Assembly: GCA_012295275.1 (NCBI GenBank)
Contig: CM022677.1
Coordinates: 16,554,001 to 16,618,000 of the forward strand
Direction: 5' to 3'
DNA length: 64,000 nucleotides
From: Chrysomallon squamiferum
Lineage: Eukaryota > Animalia > Mollusca
A program made the translations under genes and the position numbers. The notes under the pieces were generated by a model. The model had not been told where the DNA came from. It did not search any database and was given only the letters and a program-made list of their open reading frames with translations. Below, in pieces: positions 14,392 through 28,580 of this stretch (the stretch's first letter is position 1; every line of letters begins with the position of its first letter).

Positions 14392-15245
14392 GTAATAATA
14401 TAAGAAGAATAATGATAATGATGATGATGATGAAAATGGCGATGATGATAACAAGGTAATGGTAATACTAGTAGTAGCAGTAGAAATAATAGCAGCAGTA
14501 GTAGTAGTAGTAGTAGTAGTAGAAATAGTAGTAGTAGTATAATCGTAGTGGTAGTAATAGTATTAATAGTAACAGATGGTAGTAGTAGTTGTAGTTGTTG
14601 TTGAACTATGCAATAACTGCTGGTAGTAGTAGTAGTAGTAGTAATAGTAGTAGTAATCATAATAATAGTAATAGTAGTAGTAGTAGTAGTATTTTATTTC
14701 TCTTTTTTTTTTAATTGTCATTTTTTGTTAACAGCAGTAGATCAACAACAACAACAATAATAAAATCAAGATAATTATTACAAGGACACGAAAGATGGTA
14801 ATGATGATAATGATGGTGATGATGATGATGTAATGATGATGATGACGATGGCCATGTCGACTAAGATCGAGAATACTGCCACTATTAACAATTACAGACA
14901 AGAAGAAGAAGAAGATGATGAAGAAATAAAAAGAGCCTGAAACACGAACATCTAGAAACATCATTCTTCATCATCAACATCATCGTCATCATCATCTTCA
15001 TCATGACTACCATGTCATCGTTAGTGGATGCCGCATCCACATTATCTGGATAAAAAAACACAACAAAAAACCCAATACAAACCCCCAACAGCAACAACAA
15101 CAACAACAAACAAACAAAAAAAAATAATAAAAAAAAATAAATACAAATATTAATGATAATAATAATAATAAAAATCAAAGCAAAATAAAATAAAATAAAA
15201 CAAGAAGAAGAAGAAGAAGAAAAAGAACTTTAACTTTATTCTTAC

Positions 15246-15907
15246 CGCTTTTACTTTATCGGCGTTAAAAAGATAGTACCAGTCTGGAAATCTTCCAAAC
15301 AGATGGTCACCCGGTTGGAACGGGTGAAAAAGAGACCGCCCATAAGAATCTGTCGACAGCCCGAGTTTCACTCCTAGATTTCTCATGCAATTCGCAAACG
15401 CCAAATCTTCAACGTAGCCATCTTGTCTGCAGTAATAAGCCTGTCCGCCTTTTTGACCTAACCTCGTCATTGCCTCTCGACTGATCACGTACGCTGCTCC
15501 GCCGCTGAAGTAACTTCGTTTACCTCCGGAATATTTGAAATGGTGGCCGAAATAGACGGGCTGCGACGTGTTTTTCGCGGACAGGAAGTGACGCAGGTTT
15601 TCCATTATGACGTAAGTATCGTCGTCCGTTTTCATGAACCAGTCGGCGTCGTTTAAGTGGTGCTTGTAGATGTACTGAAAAGCCTCCATCGTTTTCGCCG
15701 TCAGATGTTCTCTGCCTTCAGTTACGTTCACCCCGATGACAGGAAATGACGTGTTCGTGACGGAGCTGAAGAACAATAGCTTGTTGCATCTCTTGCCCCA
15801 CGTTTTCTTCACGACCGATGCTCTGACGTTTAGAGTTTCTGGTGACGTCATCACCCAACAAAGAACTCTTATCTTATGGGTCAGTTCTTCTGCGACCGTG
15901 TTATTTC
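15246..15907 (-). CDS. C1GALT1: C1GALT1-like catalytic exon (GT31/Fringe-like fold)
   Basis: Motifs IRVLCWVMTSP, TWGKRCNKLLFFSS, WFMKTDDDTYVIMENLR (DDD motif), YFSGGAAYVISREA, ED..F..CM and FHPFQP. Acceptor ttttAG, donor GCG|GTAAG, 662 nt. Confidence 0.95.
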
Positions 15908-16418
15908 CTAAAATGATTTAAAAGTTAAAATTAGTGTCAGGAAGACACTATATCTTACTGTATCTATTTCTTTATTTGTTGTTGTTGTTGCTGCTGTTGT
16001 TATATTATTATTTTCATCATTGTTATTATTAGTAGTAGTATTAGTATTAGTATTAGTAATAATAGCAGTAGTAGTTGTTGTCGCAGTAGTAGTTGTGGTT
16101 GCAGTAGTAGTCGTAGTATCGAGGAAATAGTTATTATTCTGTCTTTATTCACTTACCTCTTTATTACAGCATGTTGCAGTCTCTTGTCAGTGCAATCACA
16201 GACGACAAAATCATCATAATCATCATCATACTACTACTACTACTACTACTACTACTATTATCTATTATCTATCAAAATAGCTAAAATAATAGAAAAACAA
16301 ACGATACTCTGTATGAATATATCTTTAAATTATATTTACAGAGCTGTATGAAGAATGGGAAAAAACTAACGAAATGATGATGATGAGGATGATGATGATA
16401 ATAATAATAATAGTAGTA

Positions 16419-16489
<71 letters not shown>

Positions 16490-16530
16490 AATAGGAATAA
16501 TAATGATAACGGAAACAATAAATAATAATT

Positions 16531-16569
<39 letters not shown>

Positions 16570-16607
16570 TAAATAAATAAATAAATAATGATAATAACAG
16601 TAATAAA

Positions 16608-16667
<60 letters not shown>

Positions 16668-16802
16668 GTGAAATAAATAGATAAATAAATTCATATTTCT
16701 AGCCAATATTCATTGTTCAAAGATAATGAAACAGATTACCATGGATTTATCACAATAACATTATTTGAACATAATATAGATATATGCCTCTGACAGTCTG
16801 AA

Positions 16803-16852
<50 letters not shown>

Positions 16853-16855
<3 letters not shown>

Positions 16856-17093
16856 AGCGGAAACGTCTATCACTAATATTTTCCTTTCTAACGAGTGACG
16901 TCATCCCCTTTTGTGACGTATGTTCATTAATTTTAGCTGCATCGCGATTCCCGATAATGATGTCACGGTAATAGTGGTAGCCGAGGTTGTAATGTTTGAC
17001 GCCGTTCTGATGAATGAGGATGACGTAGTTGGAGACGCTGATGGCCACCAGCAACCCCGTTGTAAGTCCCCACCAGAAATGACGATGCAGCAT
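16853..17093 (-). CDS. C1GALT1: Core-1 beta-1,3-galactosyltransferase-like, coding exon 1 (type II membrane anchor and stem)
   Basis: MLHRHFWWGLTTGLLVAISVSNYVILIH... gives a short tail plus hydrophobic anchor. Acceptor tttCAG at 17107-17109, donor G|GTAATA, phase 1 fits the next exon. Confidence 0.8.
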
Positions 17094-17279
17094 CGTTTAT
17101 TGTCTCCTGAAATTAGATTAAAATAATTATAACTTACATAGGGCGTACAAATAGTTAGTGGCGATAAAGCTTTGCAAACAACAAAGTATCATTAACCTAA
17201 GTCACATTCTACATCACTTATGGTTCGTACGTTCTCTTACAATCTACTTATTGTGCTATTAAGAACGATGAACATATGT

Positions 17280-17367
<88 letters not shown>

Positions 17368-17849
17368 ATCTATCTCTGTATAAACATCATCTTTTTTTTA
17401 TTATCCTAGCTTTTTAAGTCTACTTACTGTGTCTTTGAGTCAGATCTTAAATATATTTTGCATATCTGCACTTTTTTTATATTTTTATTATCTTTTATCC
17501 AGCAGCTTTCCCCATTGATTAAGTAGGAGTGGGTATTTGTCTTGTTATTGATGTAGTTCCTGCTGTCCTACTTACAAGCTTTATTGATAATAAAGGTCGT
17601 TTGAAAATGGCCGTTACCCTAGAAGCAAATGTAACAGCAGGTGTATCAAGCTGCCGGCAAAGGCTTTGAAACAGTTATATATTTTGTCTGACTCGACAGA
17701 AGCCAAGAGGTCAAAGGTCAGAGGTCATAAGCTAGGTTGTGGAATAGAAATGGTATAATGAAAGCTGTTCATACTTTCGAGATATTAATCTGCTGTTTTT
17801 AAGAGATCTGTCTTTACTCATAGCGAAAATAAAATATTTCTCTTTCTTT

Positions 17850-20800
17850 CTTTCTCTATAAATATGTCTGTATTAACATAACTGTGTTTTATATGTGAAG
17901 AAAATTTCGTTCGCTCACAAAAAGATTATTATTAACTCACCCACTTTCCTTTGTTCATTTATTAAAACTAAAACTCATAACAGTTTAAATTTGCAAGGGG
18001 AGTGGTGTCTTGCCACACCCGGGATATGTTTTCACGTCACCCCTTGGGCTGTTCTCTGGTTTTTCCTTGTTGCTAGGTAACTAACTCTACGCGTGCGCAT
18101 GATGTAACAATTCTTCATACTCTCATCACATTTTAATCACACACACGCACAGACATACACACAGTTTGAGCATTATGACAAATATATATCCATCGTGCAG
18201 ACACATATACACACATACACTCATACATACATACATACATACATAAATTCATACATAAATACACACATACGCACACACATACATACGTACGTACATACAC
18301 AGACAGATATACAGACGTAGGTACATAACTGAAAGTCCAAATAATATATTTAGATTATTTGTTCCCATAGATAACATCTAAACAAACAGACGGACAGAAT
18401 CATATTTTATAATCACGATTAGCCCCTTAGGCTAGTCACACTTAAATTTTTTATCTACATATATACGGTTGTGTATCAAATATTCAAGAAAGAATTAAAA
18501 AAAAACCCTTCAAAACACTGTTAGTAAATTCAAATGAAGACTTTTCCTATTAATTTTGCTTCTAAATTCTTTGTTTTTCTCTGAACATTTTAGTTTATGT
18601 ACAGAAAGACATTTTTACCTTATCAGAGTGAACTAATTTTTGATTATTTTAATAACCAACGCGTAGATTAACTTTCAGCTGTTTGTTTTAGATCAAGGAA
18701 TGTAGATATTTCCGTATTAATATTGATATAACTGTGTTTGTATGTCAAGGAACTTTTATAATTAACTTTCACAGTTATTAAATCTAAAACTCATAACGAT
18801 TTCTCTGTTGAATTTGCAAGAGGAGTGGTCGCATTGCAACTTCCGGCATATGTTTCGGCATCACAACCTTGTATTATCTTACAAACACGCACACACACAC
18901 ACACACACACAACACACACAGTTACATCCACAAAAACGCAACACACACATAGAAAACACGCACATACAAACACTGAAACATACACATGAACAGGAAATAT
19001 ACAAATTACGTTTAGACTGTTTCTACGTTTTGACAGACATTAATCATTCAGTGCGCATGCGCACATATCTAAGCCGCAGACACAGATGTGGAGAATGGTA
19101 TTTTACAGGACTCGGTTTCAATCCGTTTCACTGGACAGAATTTCATGTCTGTATTAATATAAGTATCACTGATAACAAAGGAGTTTCTGCAACAACAAAA
19201 AAAGAAGCATACTATCTCTCTATATGTCTGTCTTTCTGTTTGTCTGTATATCTGTCTTTATATCTCTCTGTGTGTCTATCAATCTGTCCGTCTGTCTGTC
19301 TATCTCTGTCTGTCTATCTGTATTTCTTTCTGTCTGTTTATCTATCCTCCTCTCTGTTTTTCTTTCTATCTAACTGTCTCTCTGTCTATATCTCTGCTTG
19401 TCTGTCTCATTTTCTATCTCTCGGTCTGTCTGTCTGTCTATCTGTCTATCAATCCATCTATTCGTCTACCTGTCTGTCTGTCTGTTTCCTATCCATCTAT
19501 CTCTGTCTGATTCTCTTTCATTGTTTGTCCGTCTGTCTGTGTCTATCTATCTTTTTATTTGTCTTTCTTTCTTTCTTTGTAGATACCTCTATATTAATAT
19601 AATTGCGTTTTATATGTAGAGAAAATTTCGATCACTGACAAAAAGAGCGTTTCTGTAAAAAGTTAAGTTCTCCTAGAGATGTCTTAGCAATAATTTAACT
19701 TAACAGTTTACTTTGTTCAGTTACTAAAACTAAAACTCATAACAGTTTCTCTCTCGAACTTGCAAGGGGAGTGGTGTCTTGCCACACCCGGGATATGTTT
19801 TCACGTCACACATAGGTCTGTTTTCTGGTTTTTCCTTGTTGCTAGGTAACTCTACGCGTGCGCATAATGTAACAATTCTTCATACTCTCATTACATTTTG
19901 ATCACACACACGCACAAACACACGCACATATACACATACACTCATAAACTTATACATACATACATACATAAAGACACACATACGCACACACATACACACA
20001 TACTTACGTACATACTTACGTACATACACATAGATATACAGACGTAGGTAAATTACTGAAAATCCAAATAATATATTTAGATTATTTGTTTCCATAGATA
20101 ACATCTAAACAAACAGACGGACAGAATCATATTTTATAATCACGATTAGCCCCTTAGGCTAGTCACACTTACATTTTTTATCTACATATATACGGTTGTG
20201 TATCAAATATTCACGAAAGAATAAAAAAAAAACCTTCAAAACATTGTTAGTAAATTCAAATGAAGACTTTTCCTATTAATTTTGCTTATAAATTCTTTGT
20301 TTTTCTCTGAACATTTTAGTTTATGTACAGAAAGATTTTTTGCGTTGTCAGAGGAACTAATTTTAGGTTATTTTAATAACCAACGCGTAGATTAACTTCC
20401 AGCTGTTTGTTTTAGATCAAGGAAAGTAGATATTTCCGTATTAATATTAATATAACTGTGTTTGTATGTCAAGGAACTTTCATAATTAACTTTCACAGTT
20501 ATTAAAGCTAAAACTCATAACGATTTCTCTGTTGAATTTGCAAGAGGAGTGATCGCATTGCAAATTCCGGCATATGTTTCGGCATGACAAAATTGTGGTA
20601 TCTTACACACATACACACGCACGCACACGCACACACACACACACGCTCGCAGTTACATCGACAAAAACGCAACACACACATAGACCAAACGCACATACAA
20701 ACACTGAAACATACTCATGAACAGGAAGTATACAAATTACATTTAGACTGTTTCTTCTTTTTCAGAAATGGCATTAATCATTCAGTGCGCATGCGCACAT

Positions 20801-23600
20801 ATCCAAACCGCCGACACAGATGTGGAGAATGATATTTTATAGGACGCAGGTTCAATCGGTTTCACTGGACAGAATTTCATATCTGTATTAACATATGTAT
20901 CACTGATAACAAAGGAGTTTCTGCAACAAATAAAAACAAGGATACTATCTCTCTATATGTCTATCCTTCTGTCTGTCTGTATCGCTGTCTTTATGTCTCT
21001 CTGTCTGTCTATCGATCTGTCCGTCTGTCTGTTTGTCTAACTGTCTGTTTGTAAGTGTATCTATCTCTGTCTGTCTATCTGTATTTTTTCGGTCTGTTTG
21101 TCTATCTATCCGCCTGTCTGTTTGTCTTTTTGTCTAACTGTCTGTCTGTATCTCTGCTTGTCTGTCTGTCTGTCTATCTATCTCTCTGACTGTCTATCTG
21201 TCTATCAATGCATCTCTTCGTCTATCTATGTGTCTGTCTGTCTGTGTCCTATCTATCTATCTCTACCTGGCTCTATTTGGTTGTTTGTGCGTCTGTCTTT
21301 TTCTATCTATCTTTTTCTTTGTCTCTCTTTCTTTGTTTCTTTGTACATACGTCTATATTAATATAACTGTTTTAAATGTCAAGAAAATTTCGATCTCAGA
21401 CAAAAACAGTGTTTCTGTCAAAAGTGAAATTCTTCTAGAGATGATTTAGAAATAACTTAACTTCACAGTTTGCTTTGTTCAGTTACTAAAACTAAAATTC
21501 ATAACAATTTAAATTTCAAAGGGGAGTGATGTCTTGCCACACCCGGGATATGTTTTCAGGTCACACATTGGTCTGTTTTCTGGTTATTCCTTGTTGCTAG
21601 GTAATTGACTCTACGTGTGCGCACGATGTAACAATTCTTCATACTCTCATTATATTTTAATCACACACACGCACAGACACACAATTTGAGAATTTGGACA
21701 AATATATAATCCATCATGCACACACATATACACACATACACTCATACATACATACATACATACATACATACATACATACATACGCACATTCAAACACACA
21801 AACACACATACATACGTACGTACATACACATAGATATACAGACGTAGGTGCATAACTGAAAGTCCAAATAATATATTTAGACTATTTGTTCCCATAGATA
21901 ACATCTAAACAAACAGACGGATAGAATCATATTTTATAATCACGATTAGCCCCTTACGCTAGTCACACTTACATTTTTTATCTACATATATACGGTTGTG
22001 TATCAAATATTCAAGAAAGAATAAAAAAACAACCTTCAAAACATTGTTAGTAAATTCAAATGAAGACGTTTCCTATTAATTTTGCTTATGAAATCTTCTT
22101 GAATCTCTGAACATTTAAATTTATGTAGAGGAAGATATTTGCGCCTTGTCAGAGTGAACTCATTTTTGTTTTATTTTAATAACCAATGCGCAGATTAACT
22201 TTCGGCTGTTTGTTTTAGATCAAGGAAGTAGACATTTCCGTATTAGTATTAATATAACTGTGTTTGTGTGTCAAGGAACTTTTATAATTAACTTTCACAG
22301 TTATTAAATCTAAAACTCATAACGATTTCTCTGTTGAATTTGCAAGAGGAGTGCTCGCATTGCAACTTCCGGCATATGTTTCGGCATCACAAAATTGTAT
22401 TATCTTACATACGTACACACGCACGCACACACACACACACACACACAACACACACAGTTACATCCACAGAAACGGAACACACACATAGACCACACGCACA
22501 TACAAACACTGAAACATACACATGAACAGGAAATATACAAATTACGTTTAGTCTGTCTTTACATTTGTCTGTTTATTTGGCTGTTTATTTGGCTATTTCT
22601 ATCTATCTATCTGTCTTTCTTTCATCTGTCTGTCTGTCTGTGTTTTCTGTCTGTCTGATCATTCTGTTTCTATCTATCTCTCTGTTTTTTTCTGTCTCAC
22701 TGTCTCTGTCTATCTGTCTGTTCCTATCTCTATCTATCAGTCTGTCTATTATTCTTTCTATCTTTCTTTCTTTCTTATCCCTGTAGATGTCTTCTGTCTG
22801 TACATTAATATAACTGGTCTGTCTTGTATGTCGACAAACTTTTTATATCACTGTCAGAAAGACAGTTTCTGTAAAAAAGGTCAAGCTTTCTTTGTTCTAA
22901 AGATGGTTTGGCAATAACTTACCTTAACAGTTTAATTTCTCAGTTATCAAAGCCAAAATTCAAAACAGTTTTGCAAGTTCCGGCTTATGTTTTTGCGTCA
23001 CAGCCTTGTTCAGTTTTTTTTTTGGGGGGGAGGTTCTTGTTGCTAGGTAACTCTACGCGTGCGCGTAATATAACATCCGTCATATTTCCAATATGTATTA
23101 ACCAAACACACACTCTCAAACACACACACACACACACACACACAGATCCAGTTAGATAAATAAACAATTTGAACATGGACGAAAATATATAAATACATAT
23201 ATATATATATATATATATATACAAAAAAAACAACAACCAACAAACAAATAAATACACACACACACACACAGAAACACACAGTCACATCCACGAAAAGGCA
23301 ACACACACACACATAGAACACTTTCGATCATTCACCAAAAAGCTCGAAGAAGAAACAAAAAAGGTCAAACTCTGCTGGCGATGTTTCAGAAATAACTTAC
23401 ATTAACAGTTTACGTTCGCACTTACAGCAACTAAAAAAATTCATAACAAATTTCTTCTCTTAAATTTGGAAAAGGGGAGTGTGGTGCATTGCAACTTCCG
23501 ACATGTGTTCCCACGTGGAAGCCTTTTGCCATGTGTTAGGTTTTTCTTCGTTGCTAGGCACCTAACTGGCTTGTCTCAGCACTGAACATGCGCATGAGCT
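17850..23600. repeat. Tandem array A: about three ~1.76-kb units, each a dimer of related half-units, plus two diverged terminal modules
   Basis: GTTGCTAGGTAA recurs at 18069, 19838, 21593 and 23039. TTCCGGCATATGTTTCGGCAT recurs at ~18841, ~20565 and ~22367. Long alignable blocks lie between them. Confidence 0.93.
17995..18102 (+). promoter_or_regulatory. Promoter-like cassette of the array A unit (representative copy)
   Basis: GGGGAGTGG, TTCACGTCAC, 28 nt, GTTGCTAGGTAAC (18069-18081), then ACGCGTGCGCATG (NRF1-like). Confidence 0.55.
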
Positions 23601-24144
23601 ACCATCTTGCTATCCCGAGTATCCTCTAAAACTCGGAGACCGGCTAATACGGACGTTGGTTCTTCGACTGTGTTAGGTCTACATCGTTTTTCTGTCTAAA
23701 TCTTCGCCGACCGTACGGTTGCCAAGCGATTCTGGGTAGTACGCTCATTTAGCAATAAAATGTGGCTTTGCGTTTCCTTTAGACAGGTTAATTTCGATAT
23801 TCTCTGACACCATACAAAGTAGACACGATTATAAGAAGAAACCACCGACTCGGAAATATTCGGAAATCTCCGGAAATCTTCACGAATCGTGACGAAACGG
23901 TCAGATGATTAACACGTGACAGTTTCTCAGCGCAACGAACGAACGGGAGCTGCCGTGACTATATGGAGCTGCATGCATACATACTTGTGTGTCTGACTAA
24001 CTATTTATCTGTCTGTCTGTCTGTCTGTTTGTCTATATGTAGTTTTTTGAAATTTTCAGGAATTATACAAATATTCCTATAAAATATGCATGCATACATG
24101 TATGTCTGTCTCTACTTATCTATCTGCATCTATCTGTGTGTCTC

Positions 24145-24179
<35 letters not shown>

Positions 24180-24184
24180 GTCTC

Positions 24185-24231
<47 letters not shown>

Positions 24232-24502
24232 GTCTGTTTTTCTGTCTACATCTTTCCATCTATATGTCAATCAATTTACATCTATCTATCTATCTGTCTG
24301 TCTGTCTGTCTAGGTGTCTTTCTACCATCTGTCTATACATATGTTAATATAGACGTATCACACATTAATTCATAATCTTCAAATCGTAGTTAGTAAATTC
24401 AAACAAGAAAAATATTCAAATGACTTTTTTCTTTCATTGCTGTAAAAAAAATACGCCTATGTAAAATACAACATATCTTGTTAATAAGATTATTTATTTA
24501 TT

Positions 24503-24540
<38 letters not shown>

Positions 24541-24709
24541 AACGCCTGTTAACTTTAACTTGAACGTAGGCACGAACATTCTTTATTATTATTATTATTT
24601 TTTTTTTTAAACTTACGATCGAGTTCTGGTTATTTGTTTAAGACTATAAACGACACATAAATCACCTTAATTGATATTTCTTGAGTTATACTACTACTAC
24701 TTCTTTTAT

Positions 24710-24751
<42 letters not shown>

Positions 24752-25559
24752 GTACTACTACTACTACTACTACTACTACCATTAATAATAAATAAATAAA
24801 TAAATAAGTATTCAAGTGATAGCCGTTACGCTGGCAAAAGAAGACACAGCTAAACGAAGTTACTATCTTAAACTGACGTAAGGAGTGGCGTGTTGTAACT
24901 TCCGGCATATATTATGACGTCACATCGTTGTACTATTTCTTAGTTTTTACTAGGCAACTCTAACTCTGTATCTCAAGACGACGTTATGTATTCAATACCA
25001 AACAACCTGCCTTTACACACCTACTTGTAATATATTCTTATCGTATAATATTTCAATATGTATGTACGTAGATATATACCTGATTACTTATCTTCCTAGC
25101 TACCTACCTAGCTACTTACTTATCTACCTACATACATACATACATACATATATACATATATACATACATACATATATGCGCAGATATATATACACACATA
25201 TATGCATGCATATATATACACACACCATTATCATAGTCATCATTCACACACAAATAAACGCAAACGAACTACATAAAAGAGAATGAAACGCAAGCTAACA
25301 CCTGATGACACGATATCAAAAGAAAACTCAGTAAATTTAGTCAAATAACGTTCTCTCAACTGTATTAAATATAATATTTAATACTTACTATTGGTATAAT
25401 CTAATCCACATTCGTAAGTATAATAGTTCATGAAATATGTCGTAACTTGACGCTCGGATCGTAAATATGTATCGACTGGTTCTAAGTGCCATAATGCAAA
25501 CGTTAATTCTAATGCAAGCGTAATATCGATTACGACTGTTTGTTACAAAGTATGACGAG

Positions 25560-25638
<79 letters not shown>

Positions 25639-25660
25639 CGACTCTCTCTGGACTCTTTCT

Positions 25661-25780
<120 letters not shown>

Positions 25781-26313
25781 GTCTCTCTTTCTCTGTCTCT
25801 GTCTCTCTCTCACAATCTCATTATCTCATTATGAGTGTGTGTCTGCGTATGTGTGTGTCTGTATATATACATACATACATACATATATACATACATACAT
25901 ACAGACAGACAGACATACACACATATATACATATACATATATAGAAGATTGTTGGCGTACATATATATTTCTTCTAACCGAGTGAATATATATATATATA
26001 TATATATGTATATACTCGGTTAACTACGGCAATTTAAATAATGCTCTTTCTCTCTAGAACTGGCCCACCTTCATGACATAATGTATCAAATTAAGCCAAG
26101 AACGTGTAACCATGACAGCGTGCTTTAACAGTCGATATGAGCTGTAACACATGTGGATTATTTGTGCACTAAGGTTAACATGCAAGTTATCATGACATAA
26201 TACGTTAAGAGCTGAAATTCTTTGTGTAAATCATATTTTGAGGATGTTTTTTCCCCTGTTTGAGGGAGGGAACGATATTAGCAAGAAAGACACAGCGCAG
26301 ACTGATGTGTATC

Positions 26314-26396
<83 letters not shown>

Positions 26397-26408
26397 AAAA
26401 CAATCAAC

Positions 26409-26449
<41 letters not shown>

Positions 26450-26884
26450 TACATACACACACATACACATAATTATCTATTACTAATCAAGTGAGTAATA
26501 CCATCGATATATAAATTTCGATTAGCAACAGACGGAAGTCTTTATATCCATATATAACTGATGATTAATAATCTAGGTCAACGAACGTTAGAAGTCAGTG
26601 ACCGAGCAAGCTCAATGCTATTCTTCAAAAGATGATTAAGAAACTAACCCAGGTAAACTCATGTAACAAAACCTTTTTCCGGCTGTCGCACAGAGGCAGA
26701 TACTGAATGTATTAAACTTAGTTAGTGATTAATATCCTGAATATTTCACAAATGGTGTTCTTGCAGGTAATTAATCACATATTTAACTGAAAGTAAATAA
26801 AGCAGCTGTTCAGTGCCACAGAAAAAAAAAAAAAAAAAAGAAGTAATAAATTGTCCATTAATTTCAGTTCAGTTGTTATGTAAT

Positions 26885-26994
26885 AACGTTATTACGTTAC
26901 CGTTATTACGTTACCGTTATTACGTTACGGCTATTACGTTACCGTTATTACGTTTACGTTTACGTTGTTACGTTACCGCTATTACGTTACCGCT
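26885..26994. repeat. 14-bp CpG-containing minisatellite
   Basis: TTATTACGTTACCG repeated about 7 times with variants. Confidence 0.88.
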
Positions 26995-27129
26995 CGTCAA
27001 AATATGATCTCTGAAGTTTGGAACTACGTAACACCTCCAGACTTTGGCAGAATATAGATACAGTCTGGAATTATTACCTCTCAGTTCCACGCTTCAACAT
27101 AATATAGATATATGCCTGTGACAGTCTGA

Positions 27130-27190
<61 letters not shown>

Positions 27191-27210
27191 GTTATTGTTA
27201 TTGTTACTAC

Positions 27211-27241
<31 letters not shown>

Positions 27242-27261
27242 GTTTTTGTTATTATTACTAC

Positions 27262-27298
<37 letters not shown>

Positions 27299-27329
27299 GT
27301 TGTTGTTGTTGTTGTTACTGCTGCTGCTG

Positions 27330-27688
27330 TTATTGTTATTGCTATTGTTACTATTATTTATTTTGTTGTTGTTGTTGTTGTTGTTTTGTCATCGTTGTTG
27401 TTGCCGATGCTGGTGCTGTTGTACGCTGTCCTTTTTTTCTATTTTGCTTTCTTTTATTGACTACAGTTTTCGTAAATCATCGTGTTTTGATGCAGTGATA
27501 TCATTAAAAGTGACGTCAGTTATAAATTTATCTGTATAATCATCATCATTGTTATAATCATCGTCATCACCATCATCGTATTATTATTATTACTATTATT
27601 ATTAGCATAAGAATTTTATAAAAGAAAATAAATAAATTAATTAATTAATTAATTAATAATTAAATAAATAATGATGATGATGATGATC

Positions 27689-27724
<36 letters not shown>

Positions 27725-27797
27725 GTATATAACGTATGCTCATCTGTTAATATTTAAATTTTCTCGTTAAACATCGATTTCGCAAATAATAAATTTT
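27330..27797. repeat. Left arm of a long-range inverted duplication (partner 54910-55420)
   Basis: For example, GTGATATCATTAAAAGTGACGTCAGTTATAAATTTATCTGTATAATCATC is present as its reverse complement at ~55180-55230. Confidence 0.9.
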
Positions 27798-28303
27798 CAC
27801 ACTTCAACATAATATAGATATATGCCTGTGACAGTCTGAAACTATTATTATTATTATTACTATTATTATTACTGTTATTATTACTGTTTACATATTATTA
27901 TTGCTTGTGTTATTATTATTATTGTTGTTATTGTTATTATTATTATTGTTATTGTTGTCATTACTGTTATTACTATTATTATAATTATTATTATTATTAC
28001 TGTTATTATTACTGTTTACATATTATTATTGTTTGTGTTATTATTATTATTGTTGTTATTGTTATTATTATTGTTATTGTTGTTATTACTATGATTACTA
28101 TTATTATTATTATTATTATTACTATTATTATTACTGTTATTATTACTGTTTACATATTATTATTATTATTGCTGTTATTGTTATTCTTTCGTTGAACAAA
28201 AATGGGTTTTTCTGCAGCAGCGTGAAGCAAGCGCTCATACTGAATAGAGTTATCTCCCTTTGGGTGAGTAGTAGGCGTAGGTTTTACAAATGTCTAATAT
28301 CAT

Positions 28304-28405
<102 letters not shown>

Positions 28406-28548
28406 ATAATAGTTCTTGTCGATGCCTTTGTTATTATTTATTTATTATCTTAATTATTATTCTCTTGTGTATAGTGGACAGATATGTGCGTATGCATGCG
28501 TGTGCGTGTGTGTGTATGTATGTATATATTATTACCATATATAAATAT

Positions 28549-28580
<32 letters not shown>

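Noticed and set aside
16150-16200. Strong minus-strand donor GAG|GTAAGT inside C1GALT1-like intron 1
   Set aside because: No acceptor gives a frame-preserving exon, and the flanking exons already join in phase.
18055-18085. TTGTTGCTAG|GTAACT read as a recursive splice site
   Set aside because: Homologous copies in array B read AGGCAAC, which preserves the X-box palindrome but not GT. The RFX reading fits better, though splicing use is not excluded.
18808-19602. 264-aa ORF and its paralogous ORFs in array A
   Set aside because: There is no ATG start, the ORF is dominated by (CA)n and (TCTG/TCTA)n translations, and the frame is not preserved between units.
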